From positions 32,001 to 96,000 of the forward strand of contig JBMOMC010000044.1 of the NCBI GenBank assembly GCA_049325335.1: DNA of 64,000 nucleotides, written 5' to 3'. Below the pieces are notes generated by a model that saw only the letters and a list, made by a program, of their open reading frames with translations, ran no database searches and was not told the DNA's origin. The stretch's first letter is position 1. Each line of letters opens with the position of its first letter. A program made the translations under genes and the position numbers. Source of the stretch: Nitrospirota bacterium (GTDB lineage Bacteria; Nitrospirota; Nitrospiria; 2-01-FULL-66-17). Below, in pieces: positions 41,382-52,469 of this stretch.

Positions 41382-42640
41382 GCGGCCTCGCGCACGCGCC
41401 GGATCACGGCGCCGGCTCGCGCCAATTTCTCTTCCATCCGTTCATACCCTCGGTCGAGGTGATACACGCGAGAAATCACGGTCTCGCCCTCCGCGGCCAA
41501 CCCCGCCACCACCAGACACGCGCTCGCCCGGAGGTCCGACGCCATCACCGGCGCGCCGCTCAAACGCGGCACCCCGCGCACCACGGCGTGATGACCCTCG
41601 ACGCGGATGGATGCGCCCATACGTTGTAACTCCGCCACGTGGGTCATCCGATTCTCGAACACGGTTTCGGTCAACACGCTCGCGCCGTCGGCCACACTGA
41701 GCAGAGCCATCATTTGCGCCTGCATGTCGGTCGGGAATCCGGGATACGGTGCGGTGGTCACGTCCACGCCGCGCAACGGCCCGCTCCGCGTCACCCGCAC
41801 GCCGTCCGCTTGGGCGCGGACGTCCACGCCGGCCTCCCGGAGTTTGGCCGACACGGCCTCCACATGCGCCCCCACCCCGCCGCGCAGGAACACGTCCCCG
41901 CCGGTGATCGCGGCGGCCGCCAGGTAGGTGCCGGTCTCGATCCGATCCGGCATCACGCGATAACGCCCGCCCCGCAACGACGAGACGCCTTCAACCGTAA
42001 TCACGTCGGTCCCCGCGCCGTGGATCTTGGCCCCGCGAGCGATCAACGCGTTCGCCAAATCGACGATTTCGGGCTCGCGCGCCGCGTGTTCGATCGTGGT
42101 GGTCCCTTCGGCCAATGTCGCGGCCATCAGCAAATTTTCGGTCCCGGTCACGGTCGGCAGATCGAGCGCGATCCGGGCCCCGCGTAGTTTGCCGGCCTTG
42201 ACCCGGATGTACCCGTGCTCGATTGAGACCTCCGCGCCCATACGTTCAAGGCCGCTCAGGTGCAAGTTGACCGGCCGCGCGCCGATGGCGCACCCGCCGG
42301 GCAACGACACGCGCGCCTCGCCCCGGCGCGCGACCACCGGACCCAACACCAGAATCGACGCGCGCATGGTCTTGACCAACTCGTACGGCGCGTCGGCCGA
42401 CGACAGGGTGCGCGCGGTCACGCTCACGGTTCCGGCGCCGTCTTCCCGCGTGGACGCGCCCAGGTGACGCAAGAGCGTGAGCGTCGTGGACACGTCCCTC
42501 AGTCGCGGGACGTTCTCCAGTACGCACTCGTCCTCGCTGAGCAACGCGGAGGCCAACAACGGCAACGCCGCGTTTTTCGCCCCGCTGATCGGGATCTCCC
42601 CGATGAGCCGCCGCCCGCCCTGCACCACGATCAGGTCCAC
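41378..42640 (-). CDS. murA: UDP-GlcNAc enolpyruvyl transferase
   Basis: [34 protein letters not shown]. Confidence 0.98.
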   Translation of the reverse strand: MDLIVVQGGRRLIGEIPISGAKNAALPLLASALLSEDECVLENVPRLRDVSTTLTLLRHLGASTREDGAGTVSVTARTLSSADAPYELVKTMRASILVLGPVVARRGEARVSLPGGCAIGARPVNLHLSGLERMGAEVSIEHGYIRVKAGKLRGARIALDLPTVTGTENLLMAATLAEGTTTIEHAAREPEIVDLANALIARGAKIHGAGTDVITVEGVSSLRGGRYRVMPDRIETGTYLAAAAITGGDVFLRGGVGAHVEAVSAKLREAGVDVRAQADGVRVTRSGPLRGVDVTTAPYPGFPTDMQAQMMALLSVADGASVLTETVFENRMTHVAELQRMGASIRVEGHHAVVRGVPRLSGAPVMASDLRASACLVVAGLAAEGETVISRVYHLDRGYERMEEKLARAGAVIRRVREAA

Positions 42641-43497
42641 GCCGTCGCCTCCGTCAGCGTCATCACGCGGGCGATCCCGTTCGCGTCGTCGTCCAGCCGT
42701 TCGAGCGCAAACCCAGCCCTCTCTGCGAACGCACGGACCGCCTCGGCCTGTCCAAAACCCAGTTCGATCACGACCCGCCCGCCTGGCGCAAGCACCGAGC
42801 GCGCTTGCTCTACTAACCGGCGATAAAAATCCAACCCATCAGCGCCGCCCCGCAACGCCTCCGGGGGCTCGAACCGCACCTCGGCCTGCAACCGGTCGTA
42901 GTCTCCATCCGCCACGTACGGCGGATTCGAGACCACCACGTCCGCCCGCACGCCGTGATCCACCAGCGGCGCGCACCAGTCGCCTTCCAACCAGCGCACG
43001 TCCAACAACCCGAGGCGCTGGGCGTTGCCTTGCGCGACCGCCAACGCGCGCACGGACCGGTCGGTTGCGTACACGCGTGCGTCGGGCCGCGCCGAAGCCA
43101 CTGCCAACGCAATGGCCCCGCTGCCGGTGCCCACGTCCGCGACCACGGGCCGTTCTCGGCCCGCCAAAACAGCGAGCGCGGCCGCCACCACGCCTTCGGT
43201 CTCGGGCCGCGGAATCAACACGTCGGGGGTCACGATCACGTCCAATTCACAAAACGTCTCATGACCGATCACGTATTGGATCGGCTCGCGTTGCGCGCGC
43301 CGTTGTACCATCGCCGCGAAGCGCGCCTGTTCGTCCTCCGTCAACGCGACTCCCGGGTCCACGTACGACGCGTATCGCGGCCCGCCCACCGCCGCGGACA
43401 GAAGCGCGTCGGCCTCCACGCGCGGGGATTCGATCCCGGCGGCCACGAACACGTCGCGCGCCCAGCGCACTGCCGCGCTGCGAGTCCGCCGGCTCAC
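42631..43497 (-). CDS. prmC: Release factor glutamine methyltransferase
   Basis: [26 protein letters not shown] at 43497 coupled to the prfA stop. Confidence 0.95.
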   Translation of the reverse strand: MSRRTRSAAVRWARDVFVAAGIESPRVEADALLSAAVGGPRYASYVDPGVALTEDEQARFAAMVQRRAQREPIQYVIGHETFCELDVIVTPDVLIPRPETEGVVAAALAVLAGRERPVVADVGTGSGAIALAVASARPDARVYATDRSVRALAVAQGNAQRLGLLDVRWLEGDWCAPLVDHGVRADVVVSNPPYVADGDYDRLQAEVRFEPPEALRGGADGLDFYRRLVEQARSVLAPGGRVVIELGFGQAEAVRAFAERAGFALERLDDDANGIARVMTLTEATAWT

Positions 43498-44582
43498 AAT
43501 TGTTGTAGTTGCGCCGCCTGCGTCCATGCCTGTAACGCGTCGATCAACTCGTCCAAGTCGCCGTTGAGCACCTGATCCAACCGGTGCAACGTGAGCCCGA
43601 TCCGATGATCCGTGACGCGATTTTGCGGAAAGTTGTACGTGCGAATCTTCTCACTGCGTTCGCCGGTACCCACCTGGGCCTTGCGGTCTTTGGCGATTTC
43701 CGCTTCTTGGCGCTCGCGCTCGACCTCCACCAACCGCGACCGCAAAATGCGCATCGCCTTGGCGCGATTTTTGGTTTGCGACCGTTCGTCCTGGCAGCTC
43801 ACCACCGTGTTGGTCGGGATATGTGTGATGCGCACCGCAGAGTACGTGGTATTCACGCTCTGCCCGCCCGGTCCTGAGGAACAGAACGTGTCGATGCGAA
43901 GGTCCTTGGCGTCGATATGATACTCGACCTCTTCGGCCTCAGGTACCACCGCCACCGTGACCGTAGACGTGTGGATCCGACCGCTTGCCTCGGTCACTGG
44001 AACCCGCTGCACCCGGTGCACGCCGCTTTCGAACTTCAACCGGCTGTATGCGCCCTTGCCTTCGATCAGGACAATAGCTTCCTTCATCCCGCCGATGCCG
44101 GTTTCGCTCGACGACACCAACTCCACACGCCATCGGTGGGTTTCCGCGTATTTGCCGTACATACGAAGCAATTCGGCCGCGAACAAGGCGGCTTCACCGC
44201 CCCCGGTACCGGCCCGGATTTCCAAAAAGATATTCTTGTCGTCCCGAGGATCTTTGGGAAGCATGGCCACGCGCAAGGACTCGTACAACGCGGCTCCCTT
44301 CCCTTCAAGGACGCGGGCCTCCTCCATCGCCAGGTCACGAAACGTGGGCTCGGAACGAGGATCCTCGGCCAATCGCCGCGTCTGATCCAACTCGGCCACC
44401 ACCGCGCTGTACGCCTGGTACTGCCCCACCACGTCGGCTAAATCCGCGCGCTCTTTGGACAGACGCTGCAGCGCTTGAGGATCTCCGATCACGGAGGGAT
44501 CCCCCAGGTTTCGTTCGACTTCGGCAAATCGCGAAGCCAGCGCCTCCAACCGCATGATGAGCGGATCGGCTTGTTCAGTCAC
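43494..44582 (-). CDS. prfA: Peptide chain release factor 1
   Basis: [10 protein letters not shown] (PxT motif), [17 protein letters not shown]. Confidence 0.97.
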   Translation of the reverse strand: MTEQADPLIMRLEALASRFAEVERNLGDPSVIGDPQALQRLSKERADLADVVGQYQAYSAVVAELDQTRRLAEDPRSEPTFRDLAMEEARVLEGKGAALYESLRVAMLPKDPRDDKNIFLEIRAGTGGGEAALFAAELLRMYGKYAETHRWRVELVSSSETGIGGMKEAIVLIEGKGAYSRLKFESGVHRVQRVPVTEASGRIHTSTVTVAVVPEAEEVEYHIDAKDLRIDTFCSSGPGGQSVNTTYSAVRITHIPTNTVVSCQDERSQTKNRAKAMRILRSRLVEVERERQEAEIAKDRKAQVGTGERSEKIRTYNFPQNRVTDHRIGLTLHRLDQVLNGDLDELIDALQAWTQAAQLQQL

Positions 44583-44660
44583 GGACGACACGAGTGTGAT
44601 TGCGCCGCAGGGATCTCCGCCACACCGAATTCCCTGCTCAGGCATGGCGAATAGTGGGCG

Positions 44661-44867
44661 TTACTTCTTATTATTGCTGTACTTTTTCCGGAAGCGTTCG
44701 ACGCGGCCTTCCGTATCCACGATTTTTTGCATGCCGGTGAAAAACGGATGACACATCGCGCAGATTTCCACACGAATGTCCTTGGCCGTCGATCGTGTCC
44801 GGAGGACGCTTCCACACGCACAGGAAATCAGCGTTTCTTGATAGGTGGGATGGATATCTACCTTCAC
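44661..44867 (-). CDS. rpmE: 50S ribosomal protein L31, zinc-binding type
   Basis: [25 protein letters not shown]. Confidence 0.97.
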   Translation of the reverse strand: MKVDIHPTYQETLISCACGSVLRTRSTAKDIRVEICAMCHPFFTGMQKIVDTEGRVERFRKKYSNNKK

Positions 44868-44935
44868 CGTCTCACACTCCGATCTGGTTGAATTTCAAAG
44901 AAAAAATATCACTATATCCCTTGAGAAACGGGTGT

Positions 44936-44964
44936 ATTATACCGCGTCGCGACGGCGTTTACAA
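44936..44964 (-). promoter_or_regulatory. Sigma70 promoter of the rpmE-prfA-...-his transcription unit
   Basis: Minus strand TTGTAA-N17-TATAAT. Confidence 0.7.
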
Positions 44965-45149
44965 GAACATCCTCAATTTTTCTCGAAAATTTATCTCCCC
45001 CACGGTATTCGAGGCCGATCGTCACAGGCGGTGTCCGATGGCTACCAGCTCGTTATTTCACCAGGAATCCCAAACAACCGCCATCGCCTGCGCCGCGGGT
45101 CACGCCTGCGCTTGCGCACCTTCTTTCCGCTGTGTTACGCTCCAGCCTC

Positions 45150-46154
45150 ATGTTTCGATCGCGTCTTGCGTGCGCCGTGTTCGTGGCCACGGCGTGGATG
45201 TTGGGCTGTACAAAGGGCGAACCCACGATCTTCGCCGTCACCGTCCACCCCACCAATCCCCAGATTGTCTACGTCTCATCGAGCCACGGCGTCCTGAAGA
45301 CCCGTGACGGCGGCGCAACCTGGACCCCGATTCACGAAGGGTTGGAGCATTCCCAGGTCCTGGCGTTCGCTATTGACCCGTCGGCCACCTCCACCGTGTA
45401 CGCGGGAACCTTTGCCAACGCGATTTATAAGAGCAACGACGGCGGCCAACGCTGGCGACCCGCTAATGTAGGGATGAAAGAGCACGTGTCGGTGGTCAAT
45501 GCCTTTGCGATCTCCCCGCGCCACTCCGAGGAGATTTTCGCGGCCACCACGGTGGGGGTGTTCCGAAGCACGGACGGGGGCGGACAGTGGGTGGAAACCG
45601 TGCACGGGATGGAAAGCGTGTACGTGGTGGCGATCGCGATCGATCCGAAATCGCCGGATATCATGTACGCCGGGACCAGCGGCGGTATGTACCGCAGCGA
45701 TGATCGCGGCGTACGATGGACGATCATCAATCGCGGACTGATCAAGGGGGAAGTGGGCACCGCCATGGCTTTGGGCGTCAACGCCATCTCCATCGACCCG
45801 GACGACACGCGTCGCCTGGTGATCGCCACCGGAAAAGGCCTCTTCACGAGCCCTGACCGCGGCGCCTCCTGGGAACCGCGTCCGACGGGAGCGGACGTGT
45901 CTTTTATGACGGCGCTCCAGCGCGACCCGGTCGATCCCTCCCGTGTCTACGCAGGCGGCGACCGCGGGCTGTTCATCAGTTCGGATCGCGGCCACACCTG
46001 GAGCGCAGTCACCGCCGAACCCCGACCCGAAATCGTTCGTTCGCTGGCGGCTGACCCGTCTCGCCCCGGCGTGCTCTACGCCGGCACCCAACGCGGACTC
46101 CTCAAAAGCGCGGACAGCGGAGCAACGTGGTCGCAGGTTCCACTCGCCCGCTAA
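45150..46154 (+). CDS. BNR/Asp-box beta-propeller lipoprotein
   Basis: Lipobox MLGC; about 7 repeats of (S/T)xDxGxxW. Confidence 0.85.
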   Translation: MFRSRLACAVFVATAWMLGCTKGEPTIFAVTVHPTNPQIVYVSSSHGVLKTRDGGATWTPIHEGLEHSQVLAFAIDPSATSTVYAGTFANAIYKSNDGGQRWRPANVGMKEHVSVVNAFAISPRHSEEIFAATTVGVFRSTDGGGQWVETVHGMESVYVVAIAIDPKSPDIMYAGTSGGMYRSDDRGVRWTIINRGLIKGEVGTAMALGVNAISIDPDDTRRLVIATGKGLFTSPDRGASWEPRPTGADVSFMTALQRDPVDPSRVYAGGDRGLFISSDRGHTWSAVTAEPRPEIVRSLAADPSRPGVLYAGTQRGLLKSADSGATWSQVPLAR

Positions 46155-46792
46155 CGCGCCTGACCGTGATCGCGGTCGCCGTCGGGTGTGCGGTGCTCGG
46201 GGGGCACGCGGCCGCGGCGCGGGCGGAGCTCGAACGCCCGTCCTCGCTCGCGTTTAAACTCGGCTACCACATGTATCCGAACAGCCAGTATTTCGATTCC
46301 TTGGAACGCGCCGGCGCCGGAGGCGCGCAAGACTTTCGCGGGTTAAGCCTCGAACTTTTTGACTACACGTACCAATGGCCTTCGCGATGGGGGCTCAACG
46401 TCTCACTCGGAGGTTTGTACTACCAAAAATTCACGCCCTCTCAAACGGCGCAACACGCGATTTTCGTCCAGACCATGACCGTCACGCCGACCTTTCGCCT
46501 ATCCGGATCCGACGCGGTCGGCACGTGGCTGGTCTATTGCGGGGTGGGTGTGGGCCGATACGGCGCCACCACTCGCTTCGACTTTCTCCCGGGCGACGCC
46601 ACTGAATTCCACAACTACACGCTCGGGTACCACGCGTTGATCGGCGCGGAATACCGTTTTAACGAGCAAGTCGGGTTCCTAGTCGAAGAAAAATTCTCGC
46701 GCGCGCGCATTCGATTCGGACCCGAATTGGACCGCATGGAACTCGACGTCGGCGGGCACAATATCCTGGTGGGCACCAAGATCTATTTCTAG
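46127..46792 (+). CDS. Small outer-membrane beta-barrel (OmpW/OmpA-TM-like)
   Basis: Signal peptide ending ARA; YCGVGVG, GAEYRF, C-terminal KIYF; start may be 46166. Confidence 0.75.
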   Translation: MVAGSTRPLTRLTVIAVAVGCAVLGGHAAAARAELERPSSLAFKLGYHMYPNSQYFDSLERAGAGGAQDFRGLSLELFDYTYQWPSRWGLNVSLGGLYYQKFTPSQTAQHAIFVQTMTVTPTFRLSGSDAVGTWLVYCGVGVGRYGATTRFDFLPGDATEFHNYTLGYHALIGAEYRFNEQVGFLVEEKFSRARIRFGPELDRMELDVGGHNILVGTKIYF

Positions 46793-46816
46793 ATTGCCGG
46801 TTTGCCGGCCAACAAT

Positions 46817-47230
46817 TCACAGCGCGTCGGCATGTCCGGCGCCCTGCCGGACGTGACTGAGCGTGCGCCGCGCGTGCGCCAGTGCATCATCTGAACGGCC
46901 TTGCGTGGCCGCCTCGGCCGCGCGCTCCGCGCTCCGGATCGCCTCGCGGACGTGCTCAGCGGCGTCCCGCGCGTGGCGGTTCCCAGGCGTGGGGAACGCG
47001 TCCAGCGCGCGCTGGCCGGCCTCGATCACCCGCGCGGCACCGGCCACTATGCCAAGCAGATCCCCACGGTCGTGATTAGCGGCCATGGCGCGCGACGCCG
47101 TCAACATCTCGCTAATCGCGCGTCGGATCGCGGCGGGATCGGCTCCTACCACGGGACCGGCGACCAGCAGCCCCGCGGTCATGCCGATGACCAGCGCCAT
47201 CCCCGCCTTCCGTCCGGTCATGACCCACAC
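46817..47230 (-). CDS. Small secreted helical His-patterned protein (SmbP-like)
   Basis: Signal peptide; Ala-rich helices with periodic His (NRHARDAAEHVRE, LAHARRTLSHVRQGAGH). Confidence 0.6.
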   Translation of the reverse strand: MWVMTGRKAGMALVIGMTAGLLVAGPVVGADPAAIRRAISEMLTASRAMAANHDRGDLLGIVAGAARVIEAGQRALDAFPTPGNRHARDAAEHVREAIRSAERAAEAATQGRSDDALAHARRTLSHVRQGAGHADAL

Positions 47231-47235
47231 GTCCG

Positions 47236-49152
47236 TTACTCTCGGTCGAAGAACCCGCGCTTGGGAACCAGATTCACCCCGACGAACACGCCGTGCTCGG
47301 ACGCGCCCGCCATCACCAGCCCCATATCCGGAACCACAACGGATTCGAACGGCGCCGCCGAAAATGCGCCGTGGGACGGGTTCCAGGGCTTGCCGTCGTC
47401 ACTCCACCAGAGGCCGCCGCTGGTTGCGGCCAGCACCACGTCCTGGCGCCCGCCCGCGTCCACGGCAACCGCCCGGACATCCACGCCGTGCGGCAACGTC
47501 CGGCCGAGGTCCTCCCAGGTGGTCGACCGCCCGCGACGCGCGTATACCGCGCTCCGGGTCCACGCATACGCCGAATGACCCGCCGCCACGCCCAGGACCT
47601 CGTCGGTACCGGGGATCGTGCCGAGCGGGCTCCACGGTCCGCGGTCCGACTCCCCGCGGAACACGGCCCTACCGACCGCAGCGACCAGCCGTCCCTCACG
47701 ATCCAAGGCTAGACGAAGCGCACCGGACTGGGTCGGGACGGCCACCGCGGTCCACTGCGCGTCGCCGGTCCGACGCACGAACGCGCCCGACGACGTCGCG
47801 GCATACACCCGGCCCTCGGCGGCCAGCAACGCGGTCGGCGCCCCGGTCAACCCCTCGTTGTGCGGCACCCATCGACTCACCGACCAGTCGGCTTGGTACA
47901 CCGAGTCCGGGGTCGCGGCATACTGCGTCCCCTCCTGGTCCACCGCAAGCGCCAGGATCGTCCGCGACGGCAGTCCGTCGTGCAACAGCCCCCACGCCTG
48001 CCCACCGTCCTTACTGCGATAAAGTCCGTTGGCGGCGGTCCCGGCAAACAGCCCGCGACGAGGGTTCACCGACACCGCGCGGACCGCGGGGAACAACATG
48101 CCTCGATCCACCGCGCGCCATGCCCCGCCGGGCGAACGGACGGCCACGCCGGCCGACGTGCCCGCGTAGAGCGCGCCGTCCCGCGCGAGCAACAGACTTT
48201 GGATATTGGTGTTGGGCATACCGTCGCTGATCGAGTTCCATCGCCGACCGCCGTCGTCGCTGTAAAACACGCCCTCCCCCGTACCCGCGTAGATCCCCTC
48301 CGGGCCGATCGCCAACCCTCGAATCGAGAAATTGGTCAGTCCCTCATTTACCACGGTCCACTGCCGTCCTTGATTCACGCTCTTGAACACGCCGCCACCG
48401 AAACTCCCGGCGTACAACGCGCCGCGCGGATCCATCGCCAGCACCCGAATGAAGTTCTCGCGCAAACCGCGATCGTCGGTGAGGCCCTCGTTGATCGAGC
48501 TCCACGAGGCGCCGCGATCGCGGCTCACGAACAACCCGTTGCCGCCGGTTCCGGTGTACACCGTGCCGTCCGAACCCAACGCCAAGGACCGCGCCAACGC
48601 CAGCTCGAGGCCGTGGTTCGCCGCGGTCCACTGGCGACCGTTGTCCTGACTGCGAAAAACGCCGGCCCCGGTTCCCGCGTAGAGCATGCCCGCGCCGGGA
48701 TCGTACGCAATCGCGACAACCTGGTCATTGCCGAGTCCCTCGCCGGTCGGACTCCACCGCCGACCGTCTTCGCTGCGAAACAGACCGCCGCGGATCGTCC
48801 CCGCGAACAACGTGCCATCGGGCGTTCGTCCGAACGTCATGATAAACGGATCACTTGGCCCGGACTCGGCGGGCGCCCACCGCTCCTGCCCCGGCGCCTT
48901 GCGGTACACCCCGTCGCCGAACGTCCCGGCGTAGATCGCGCCGTCCGCGCCTTCCAGCAACGCCTGCACGCTCCCTCCGGTCACCGGGCCGTTGGTCTGA
49001 TACAAGGTGACGTCATTGGAAACCGGCGGCTGGTATCCGTCCTCTTTGGTCAAATAGGCGAACGGCTGCGCCATCCGGCTCTTCTCATCCCGGTCGCACC
49101 CTTCGGGTTGTCCGCTCATGGCCATCCCGACCAGCAGCGCCACTCCCCACAT
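47236..49152 (-). CDS. Large secreted BNR-repeat (double) beta-propeller protein
   Basis: Many YAGT..G...SxDxGxxW repeats; likely start MWGVALL at 49152. Confidence 0.82.
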   Translation of the reverse strand: MWGVALLVGMAMSGQPEGCDRDEKSRMAQPFAYLTKEDGYQPPVSNDVTLYQTNGPVTGGSVQALLEGADGAIYAGTFGDGVYRKAPGQERWAPAESGPSDPFIMTFGRTPDGTLFAGTIRGGLFRSEDGRRWSPTGEGLGNDQVVAIAYDPGAGMLYAGTGAGVFRSQDNGRQWTAANHGLELALARSLALGSDGTVYTGTGGNGLFVSRDRGASWSSINEGLTDDRGLRENFIRVLAMDPRGALYAGSFGGGVFKSVNQGRQWTVVNEGLTNFSIRGLAIGPEGIYAGTGEGVFYSDDGGRRWNSISDGMPNTNIQSLLLARDGALYAGTSAGVAVRSPGGAWRAVDRGMLFPAVRAVSVNPRRGLFAGTAANGLYRSKDGGQAWGLLHDGLPSRTILALAVDQEGTQYAATPDSVYQADWSVSRWVPHNEGLTGAPTALLAAEGRVYAATSSGAFVRRTGDAQWTAVAVPTQSGALRLALDREGRLVAAVGRAVFRGESDRGPWSPLGTIPGTDEVLGVAAGHSAYAWTRSAVYARRGRSTTWEDLGRTLPHGVDVRAVAVDAGGRQDVVLAATSGGLWWSDDGKPWNPSHGAFSAAPFESVVVPDMGLVMAGASEHGVFVGVNLVPKRGFFDRE

Positions 49153-49282
49153 CCGTATCCGCACCGGCAATCCTCCCGCTACCGCCACCCGCGGCGCTGA
49201 ACGTCCCCCCACCGCTCCGCGGCCGCCCGTGCCACTGCGGGATACCTGACACCGACCAGTCCCGCGCTTTGAACCGGGGCGC

Positions 49283-51964
49283 TCACGGCGCGCGGGGCTC
49301 CGCGGCGACTCCGGTCGCGTCAACCGCGTAGGCTTCGATCGACTGGATGAGCGCCCGCTTGATGCGGTCCACACGCTCGGCATCCAGGATTTTCCCGCCG
49401 CCGGCGTCCTGCACGTAAAAGACGTCCACGATCTGATCCAACCGCGTGGAAATTTTGGACGAATGAATGGAGAGCCCCAACTCAAACAACGCGCGCGTGA
49501 TCACGTATAACAGTCCCTGCACGTCATTGGCGAACACGTCGATGATGGTGTAGGCATCGGACGTTTCGTTGTCGATCTCCACCTGCGTAGGCTCGGCTCC
49601 GTGCGGCAACCGACGAGTCCGCGGCAAGCGCCGCCCGCGCGCGAACAAATCCTCCACGCGTTGACGCCCCATCACCACCGCACTGAGCGTGCGCTTGAGG
49701 TCCGCGACGCGATCAGGAGACGGTTCGCCGGAGGAATCCGGGTCCTCGAACCGAAACGTATCCAACACCACCCCGTCGCGTCGGGTGAAGACCTGTGCGT
49801 CCAAAATTTGAAACCCCAACGCAGCCAACCCCCCGGCCAGCTTCGAGAACAGCCCCGGAATGATCGAGTCGAACGTGGCCACGGTCAGCTCCGTGGTGCG
49901 CGGCTCGGCTTCCCACGTCGTGTCCACCAACACGCCGCCGGACGGCAGACGATACACCATGTCCAGGTGGTGCACGATCCGTTCCGGAGACGTGACCGCA
50001 AGATACCGATCGGGTATCACTTCGAATTGCCCTGCCAACCACGGCGTCGGGAACCGTTCCCCCGCCAGACTCCGCACCGTCTCCTCGACCCGACGTCGCG
50101 CCGCGGGGTCGCCGGCGGTCGAACCGCCCGCGAGTGTCTCCATGGCCTTGGCGTACAACGCATATAAGAGGTCTTCCTTCCATGCCGTCCACGTGCCCGG
50201 ACCCACCGCGGTGATGTCGGCGTAGGTGAACACGAGGAACATTTGGACCAATTCCGGCTGTCCGACCTGCCGGGCGAACCGCACCAACACCTTGTCGTCG
50301 CTCAAATCTCGGCGGAAGGCGATCTGCGACATCACGAGGTGATGTCGGACCAAGAAGGTCAACACGCCGCGTTCGTGCGCGTCGAACCCCAATCGGTCCG
50401 CCGCGCGCGACGCAATGGCCTCGCCGATTTCGCTGTGATCGCCGCCCTTGCCTTTACCGATATCGTGCAGGAGCAACGCCAAATGGAGCAGATCCTTGCG
50501 GTGAATGCCGCGGTACACGGCGGCGATCCGTCCGTCGTCGCCGTCCAGCGCGCAGGCCGCCTGCACCGCCCGCACGCTGTGCACGTCGACGGTGAACTTG
50601 TGGTACTGATTAAACTGCATCAGCCCGCGCGCCGAGGCGAATTCCGGAATGACCCGTTCGAGGATCCCCACCCGGTGCATGGTCTCCAACGTTCGCCCGA
50701 TTCCGGGCTCGGCAAACAAGGCAAACACCCGCTCTTGAATCGAGGGATCCAGGTACGCGTGGTCGGACAGCCCCGCGACCGCCCGCGCGATCGCGTCCAG
50801 CGTCGACGCCGATACCGGTCGCTCCGTCTCTTGCGACACGCCCAACAACCTGATCACCGCGCCCGGATCAGCCGCGAGCTCCTCCCGGCGACGCTCGGGC
50901 AACAACACGGCGTTCCGGGTCACCACCACCCGCCCCTCGATTTCCCGCGCCGTGATCGCGGTGATGAACCGCCGCCAGGCGCTCGGGCGCTGCACTCGTC
51001 GCGCGAACCGCTCGCTCGTATGCTGGAGCGCGGTGGACAACCGGTAGTACTGCTGCATGAACCGCTCCACCCCGAGTAAGTGCGGGCTGTCCGCGTACCC
51101 GAAAAACTCGGCCAGACGGACCTGCTCGTCGAACGTGAGCACGTCTCCTGGTTTGCCCGCGTGAAAGTGCAGCTCGTTCCGCACGACCCACAAAAAATCA
51201 CGCGCGTCAACGAGGCCTTGCCGCTCCGTCTCGGTGAGCAACCCGCGCGCGACCAGGTCATCCCACGACGCGGTTCCGTAACAGGCGCGCGCCAACCACC
51301 CGATGTAGTGCAAATCGCGAAGTCCGCCCTGACTTTTCTTGATGTCCGGCTCCAACAGGTACACGGTTGAGCCGTACCGGTCGTACCCCGAGTCCCGCTC
51401 GGTCAATTTTTGCGTCACGTACGCGTCCGCGTCCTTGCGCAGTTGCGACAGAAACGCGGCGGTAAATTGCTCGAACAGCGGCCGGTCGCCGGCCAACCAC
51501 CGCGCTTCCAATAACGCGGTGCGAATCGTGGCGTCGCGGCGCCCCAGATCCAAACAATCCCGAATCCGGCGGACACTGTGTCCCACGGTGTACCCGAGAT
51601 CCCAGAGCGTGTGCAGTACGCCTTTACTCACGGCGAGCCCCTCGCCGCGCGCGGGCGGATCAAAGAGAAACATCAGATCCACGTCCGACGCCGGAAACAA
51701 TTCCCCGCGCCCGTACCCGCCGACCGCAATTACGGCGCAACCCGACCCCGGACGCTCCACGCCCTCGCCCGGTACCACCGTCCGGTACAACGACGCGATC
51801 ACCGCGTCCATCAAGGCGGATAATCCGGCCACCGTATCCGGGCCGCACCGCCGACGTTCGTGATCCCGCCGAAGGACGGCGCGTTGCGCGGCGACCGCCG
51901 CTCGCAGCCGCGGCAAGTCGGCGCCGACCGAGATGATCGCCTCACGATCGAGGGTGACGCTCAT
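49283..51964 (-). CDS. glnD: [Protein-PII] uridylyltransferase
   Basis: AVGGYGRGELFP.SDVD, LEPDIK..GGLRD, YHKFTVDVH, LLHDIGKG, two C-terminal ACT domains. Confidence 0.96.
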   Translation of the reverse strand: MSVTLDREAIISVGADLPRLRAAVAAQRAVLRRDHERRRCGPDTVAGLSALMDAVIASLYRTVVPGEGVERPGSGCAVIAVGGYGRGELFPASDVDLMFLFDPPARGEGLAVSKGVLHTLWDLGYTVGHSVRRIRDCLDLGRRDATIRTALLEARWLAGDRPLFEQFTAAFLSQLRKDADAYVTQKLTERDSGYDRYGSTVYLLEPDIKKSQGGLRDLHYIGWLARACYGTASWDDLVARGLLTETERQGLVDARDFLWVVRNELHFHAGKPGDVLTFDEQVRLAEFFGYADSPHLLGVERFMQQYYRLSTALQHTSERFARRVQRPSAWRRFITAITAREIEGRVVVTRNAVLLPERRREELAADPGAVIRLLGVSQETERPVSASTLDAIARAVAGLSDHAYLDPSIQERVFALFAEPGIGRTLETMHRVGILERVIPEFASARGLMQFNQYHKFTVDVHSVRAVQAACALDGDDGRIAAVYRGIHRKDLLHLALLLHDIGKGKGGDHSEIGEAIASRAADRLGFDAHERGVLTFLVRHHLVMSQIAFRRDLSDDKVLVRFARQVGQPELVQMFLVFTYADITAVGPGTWTAWKEDLLYALYAKAMETLAGGSTAGDPAARRRVEETVRSLAGERFPTPWLAGQFEVIPDRYLAVTSPERIVHHLDMVYRLPSGGVLVDTTWEAEPRTTELTVATFDSIIPGLFSKLAGGLAALGFQILDAQVFTRRDGVVLDTFRFEDPDSSGEPSPDRVADLKRTLSAVVMGRQRVEDLFARGRRLPRTRRLPHGAEPTQVEIDNETSDAYTIIDVFANDVQGLLYVITRALFELGLSIHSSKISTRLDQIVDVFYVQDAGGGKILDAERVDRIKRALIQSIEAYAVDATGVAAEPRAP

Positions 51965-52023
51965 TGACTTTTGGTCCCGCAATCCGGCAGTGTAAAGCCT
52001 TACCAGTTGATGTGGAGCCCGCA

Positions 52024-52458
52024 ATGAGACTGCCGCGCACGACCGCTCTGGAATCGACTTCGCCAATCGCGTCCGACGCGACGCCCCCCGCGTGTCAAAC
52101 TTGCGACCAAATCCTCGCGCGGTTCGCCGGCGCCGGGATCCGTCCAGTCCGCGTGGCGATCCGTTGTCGCCGCTGCGGAACCGTGCATCGACACCACGGC
52201 GCGACCGACGCAGCACCGAAAACGCGCCGCACCGCGAAAGCGGCCGCGGCCATCGCGCGCGAAGCAGCCTACGAGCGGCTGTTGGCGGTCACTTCCGGCC
52301 GGAAAAGTCGTCCCTACTCCCTGTCCGGCGCCTTCAAACCCCACGATGTCATCGAACACCCGACGTTTGGTCTGGGGGTGGTCACCCACCTGGTCGCCGG
52401 GGATAAAATTCACGTCGCGTTTAAGAACGGCGACAAACTGTTGGTCTGCCGGCGGTAA
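52024..52458 (+). CDS. Hypothetical protein: CxxC...CxxC zinc ribbon plus SH3/Tudor-like C-terminal domain
   Basis: CQTC, CRRC; DVIEHPTFGLGVV...KIHVAF...KLL. Confidence 0.7.
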   Translation: MRLPRTTALESTSPIASDATPPACQTCDQILARFAGAGIRPVRVAIRCRRCGTVHRHHGATDAAPKTRRTAKAAAAIAREAAYERLLAVTSGRKSRPYSLSGAFKPHDVIEHPTFGLGVVTHLVAGDKIHVAFKNGDKLLVCRR

Positions 52459-52469
52459 GTCGCGCGGCG

